64,000 nucleotides of DNA from Cyanobacteria bacterium P01_F01_bin.150. Lineage in GTDB: Bacteria; Cyanobacteriota; Cyanobacteriia; CAKZMO01. Location: contig JBCCYL010000018.1 of assembly GCA_039189765.1 (NCBI GenBank), positions 1 to 64,000 of the forward strand, in the 5' to 3' direction. Of the stretch, positions 61,049 through 64,000 are shown piece after piece (position 1 is the first letter of the stretch; the number at the start of each line of letters is the position of its first letter). Below the pieces are notes generated by a model that was not told the DNA's origin, searched no databases, and saw nothing but the letters and a program-made list of their open reading frames with translations. The translations under genes were made by a program, and so were the position numbers.

Positions 61049-61453
61049 TCATTCCAATATAGTCGAATCTTTACCAGGCTGACGACAGAGAATCACCAGC
61101 GCGATCGCCGCCATGGCCAACTCAACCCCAGTCGCTATCACTAAATTGTTAGACGGAATTCCATCCAAAGTGAACCCAACTAGGCGTGAAAGTCCAAAAG
61201 CACTGTAGACCAATGTGGTGAGAGTGATTGAGAGCGATCTGAGATGGGCACGAAACGCTCCGAGGAGGATAAGCAGACCACTACTCACCAGCAAACCGCC
61301 AGGGGCACGAATTTCCGAGAGTAGACTGGGATCATTACCGAGCAGAATCCCATCACTCGCGTAAAAAGTGTGGGGTACAAACAGGATAGTGCCACCAATG
61401 GCCAGCAGTAATAGGGCTGCAAAGACGAGAAAAATAGAAATGAGGCGGTTCAT
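61049..61453 (-). CDS. DUF4345-like membrane protein
   Basis: SEIRAPGG, GLSRL.G..LDG.P; 4 TMs; divergent from AraC. Confidence 0.7.
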   Translation of the reverse strand: MNRLISIFLVFAALLLLAIGGTILFVPHTFYASDGILLGNDPSLLSEIRAPGGLLVSSGLLILLGAFRAHLRSLSITLTTLVYSAFGLSRLVGFTLDGIPSNNLVIATGVELAMAAIALVILCRQPGKDSTILE

Positions 61454-61672
61454 GGGACGGTTCTCCAGGGTTTGGGATTAACAAGTGGCAAGTAACAAGT
61501 AACAAGTAGCAAGTAGCAATCAACAAGTAATAAGTTGAGTGGCGGCAAATTGACGGGCAAAATCAGCAAATTAACTCATCTGACATCCATAATGGCGGTA
61601 TTAATCTGGACTTACAATGATAGGAAATCCATTATTATTGACTAATCGTCCAAATTTTCTGGATGATTAGAG

Positions 61673-62674
61673 ATGAGAGTCATGACGACACCTGAGACTA
61701 CCTACCCTACACCGACTCCCCTACCACCCCGCGCCCCCCTCGGTGAGGTGCTCCACATGCTTCGCCTCACAGGAACGCTGCACTGTCGGGCCGAATTGAC
61801 TGCACCGTGGGGACTTTCTATTCCTGCGATCGCCGATTGTATGGTTTTGGAAATCGTCAATGCAGGCCGTTGCTGGCTGCACGTAGAAGGGGAGGACCCT
61901 TGTGAACTGCGCGAAGGCAGTCTCGTTTTGTTGCCCCACGGGACGGCCCACCAGCTACGTAGCGCGATCGATGCGACCACTCAACCGCTTTTTGATATTC
62001 CAGTGGAGAAACTGAGCGATCGCTACGAGATCATGCGCCATGGTGGGGGCGGTGAGTTGACTCAGGTCACGGCGAGTGTGATGCGGGTCGATCGCTCAGC
62101 TGTCGGTAATCGCTTGGAGCTGTTCCCCACGGTGCTCCAAATCGATGCTTGGGATGATGAGAGTGGATGGTTGCCTAGTACGCTCCGCTTTATTGCCCGA
62201 GAAGCAAGAGAGCTGAAGCCAGGCGGAGAAACGGTAATCACTCGGCTTACGGATATTCTTATCATTCAACTGATCCGCACCTGGGCTGATTCGGTGTCTG
62301 GGTCAAACCAAGGTTGGCTTGCGGCCCTGCGGGATGAGTCGATTGGTCAGGCACTGGTGTTGATCCATCGTGAGCCCCAGCATCCGTGGACGGTGGCTGC
62401 GCTGGCCAAAGCAGTGAACCTGTCTCGCTCGTCATTCTCCGCCCGATTCACTGAGCGTGTTGGTCAACCGGCCATGGGCTACCTGACACAATGGCGGATG
62501 CAACTGGCCCACACGTTGCTTTGTGATACGTCGCTCCCGTTGGCGGCGATCGCAGAGCGTGTTGGTTATGAATCAGATGCAGCATTTTCAAGAGCCTTCA
62601 AACGGAGGTATTGCGTTCCGCCTGGACATATTCGTCGAGCGAGCCATTCTGCAATCCTTACTCCTCAGCTTTAA
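61673..62674 (+). CDS. AraC-family regulator with cupin_6 N-domain
   Basis: PWG, LPHG..H, WTVAALA..LSRS.F..RF, YLTQWRM, VGYESDAAFSRAFKR. Confidence 0.92.
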   Translation: MRVMTTPETTYPTPTPLPPRAPLGEVLHMLRLTGTLHCRAELTAPWGLSIPAIADCMVLEIVNAGRCWLHVEGEDPCELREGSLVLLPHGTAHQLRSAIDATTQPLFDIPVEKLSDRYEIMRHGGGGELTQVTASVMRVDRSAVGNRLELFPTVLQIDAWDDESGWLPSTLRFIAREARELKPGGETVITRLTDILIIQLIRTWADSVSGSNQGWLAALRDESIGQALVLIHREPQHPWTVAALAKAVNLSRSSFSARFTERVGQPAMGYLTQWRMQLAHTLLCDTSLPLAAIAERVGYESDAAFSRAFKRRYCVPPGHIRRASHSAILTPQL

Positions 62675-62712
62675 CATGAGCGTGGAAAAAGTTGAAAGGT
62701 TTAATAGTGGAA

Positions 62713-63204
62713 TCACTCTTCAAACGACAATAAGAGGTCCCGAAGTAATCGATCTAATGTCTCTCGATCCAACGACTTAGCCGCGCTGAGAATTCGATGT
62801 TCATTCTCCACATGGGCCTCAATCGCCTGTTCAATCAGGGTAAAGCCCTTATCCGTAAGCTGAATCAGCGTTCCCCGGCGATCATTCGGATCGGGCATAC
62901 GGCGAATCAGCTCCGCCTTTTCTAAACGGTCAAGGCGATTGGTCATCGTGCCAGATGTCACCATCAACGTACTAAACAGCACTGTTGGCGAGAGCTGGAA
63001 AGGGGCACCGGAGCGCCGCAGCGTCGCTAGCACATCAAAATCACCTAAATTCAGGCCAAACTCTGAAAACGTGGTTTTAAGACTTCGCTCCAAATGCTTG
63101 GACAAACGGAGAATACGTCCGATCACGCCCATCGGGGAAACATCCAAGTCAGGCCGTTCTTGATGCCACTGGGCCAGGATTCTATCGACAGGATCAGCAA
63201 CCAT
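62713..63204 (-). CDS. pecS: PecS-like (urate-responsive) MarR regulator
   Basis: N-terminal QW..ERPDLD helix, FDVLATLRRSG, TNRLDRLE, DRR; divergent from a DMT exporter. Confidence 0.75.
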   Translation of the reverse strand: MVADPVDRILAQWHQERPDLDVSPMGVIGRILRLSKHLERSLKTTFSEFGLNLGDFDVLATLRRSGAPFQLSPTVLFSTLMVTSGTMTNRLDRLEKAELIRRMPDPNDRRGTLIQLTDKGFTLIEQAIEAHVENEHRILSAAKSLDRETLDRLLRDLLLSFEE

Positions 63205-63239
63205 AGAACTGTCTTCTCTTCATTTTTCTCAGCACCAAG

Positions 63240-63298
63240 TATCTTAACATCAAGACAAATGCTAGTATCTTAGAGTCAAGTATCTTGAGTTCAAGGTA
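63240..63298. promoter_or_regulatory. Three PecS-type operator palindromes
   Basis: TATCTT-N6-AAG at 63240, 63266, 63281. Confidence 0.7.
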
Positions 63299-63303
63299 AA
63301 TCC

Positions 63304-64000
63304 ATGCGCTTATCAACTACAGCTTCTCTTGATATAGGGTTGACGGTCCTAGCCCCCATTGCCTGGGGCACAACCTATATTGTCGCCACTGAATTCTTGC
63401 CAGCAGGGCATCCTCTCTTGGTGGCCTCATTGCGATCGCTCCCCGTTGGCCTCCTCCTTACCCTTGCCTTTAGAAAGTTGCCTCAAGGCATTTGGTGGTG
63501 GCGAATGTTAATCTTGGGTGGATTAAATATTGGTGTTTTTCAAGCCTTTCTGTTTGTAGCGGCATATCGGTTACCTGGGGGTGTTGCCGCTACTGCGGGA
63601 GCAATTCAGCCTCTTTTGGTTGTGTTGTTTTCCTGGCTGCTTTTAGATGAAAAACCTTCGCCGCGATCGATTAAGGTGGCGATCGCCGGAGTTATCGGGG
63701 TTAGCCTTCTCGTCCTTGGCCCTGGTGCGCAATTGGACGGGATGGGTATTGCTGCGGCGATCGCTGGAGCCGCATCCATGGGGCTTGGAACGGTACTGGT
63801 TAAACGATGGAAACGCCCAGTTTCTTTGCTGGTCTTTACAGCGTGGCAGCTAGTGGTTGGAGGTACTCTTTTATTGCCCATTGCCTTAGTGGTTGAAGGC
63901 CCGTTTGAAACTCTTTCGACGACTAATATTCAAGGTTTGATGTATCTGGGCGTTATTGGGACTGGTCTGGCTTATTTACTCTGGTTTAGGGGGATTGATC
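63304..64000 (+). CDS. pecM: EamA/DMT exporter (PecM-like), truncated by the window end
   Basis: Own translation MRLST..APIAWGTTYIVATEFLP..RSLP.GLLL..LFVAAYRLPGGVAA; open to the window end. Confidence 0.8.
   Translation, partial: MRLSTTASLDIGLTVLAPIAWGTTYIVATEFLPAGHPLLVASLRSLPVGLLLTLAFRKLPQGIWWWRMLILGGLNIGVFQAFLFVAAYRLPGGVAATAGAIQPLLVVLFSWLLLDEKPSPRSIKVAIAGVIGVSLLVLGPGAQLDGMGIAAAIAGAASMGLGTVLVKRWKRPVSLLVFTAWQLVVGGTLLLPIALVVEGPFETLSTTNIQGLMYLGVIGTGLAYLLWFRGID

Noticed and set aside
61480..61535. (AACAAGT/AGCAAGT)n heptamer tract
   Set aside because: Ordinary cyanobacterial STRR with no further structure

Overview
Chromosomal segment of a cyanobacterium, probably filamentous (frequent HIP1 octamer GCGATCGC, STRR heptamer/octamer repeats, Cph1 phytochrome, helical carotenoid protein, CBS-CP12). 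Left part: mug, a TetR-controlled three-gene unit, and a triuret/biuret uptake and catabolism cluster (stand-alone allophanate-hydrolase C-domain, BMP-type ABC transporter, biuH, trtA). This cluster is split by an ~8.8 kb defence island (type I R-M hsdR-hsdM-hsdS with Uma2, MNT-HEPN and HicAB). Middle: secreted PLA2-like and propeller/RTX proteins, Nudix, HCP, an AAA_35/pseudo-cyclase/CHASE2 receptor, nitroreductase, a NACHT remnant, a cph1-rcp1 operon, a HoxW-like protease, and an RcaC/E/F-like phosphorelay next to USP and CBS-CP12 genes. Several of these genes share a TCCTCA-N5-TCCTCA upstream box. Right: a UvrD-like helicase with an in-frame mosaic of genomic tandem repeats, DprA-like gene, thrB, pgm, a large CAP/FG-GAP protein, IS1182 and IS66 scraps, AraC/DUF4345 and pecS/pecM (cut by the window end). 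Intergenic DNA holds several hairpin MITE/REP families whose loops are inverted between copies. No rRNA, tRNA, CRISPR array, integrase or intact transposase was recognised. All family calls are by eye from motifs; no database searches were run.
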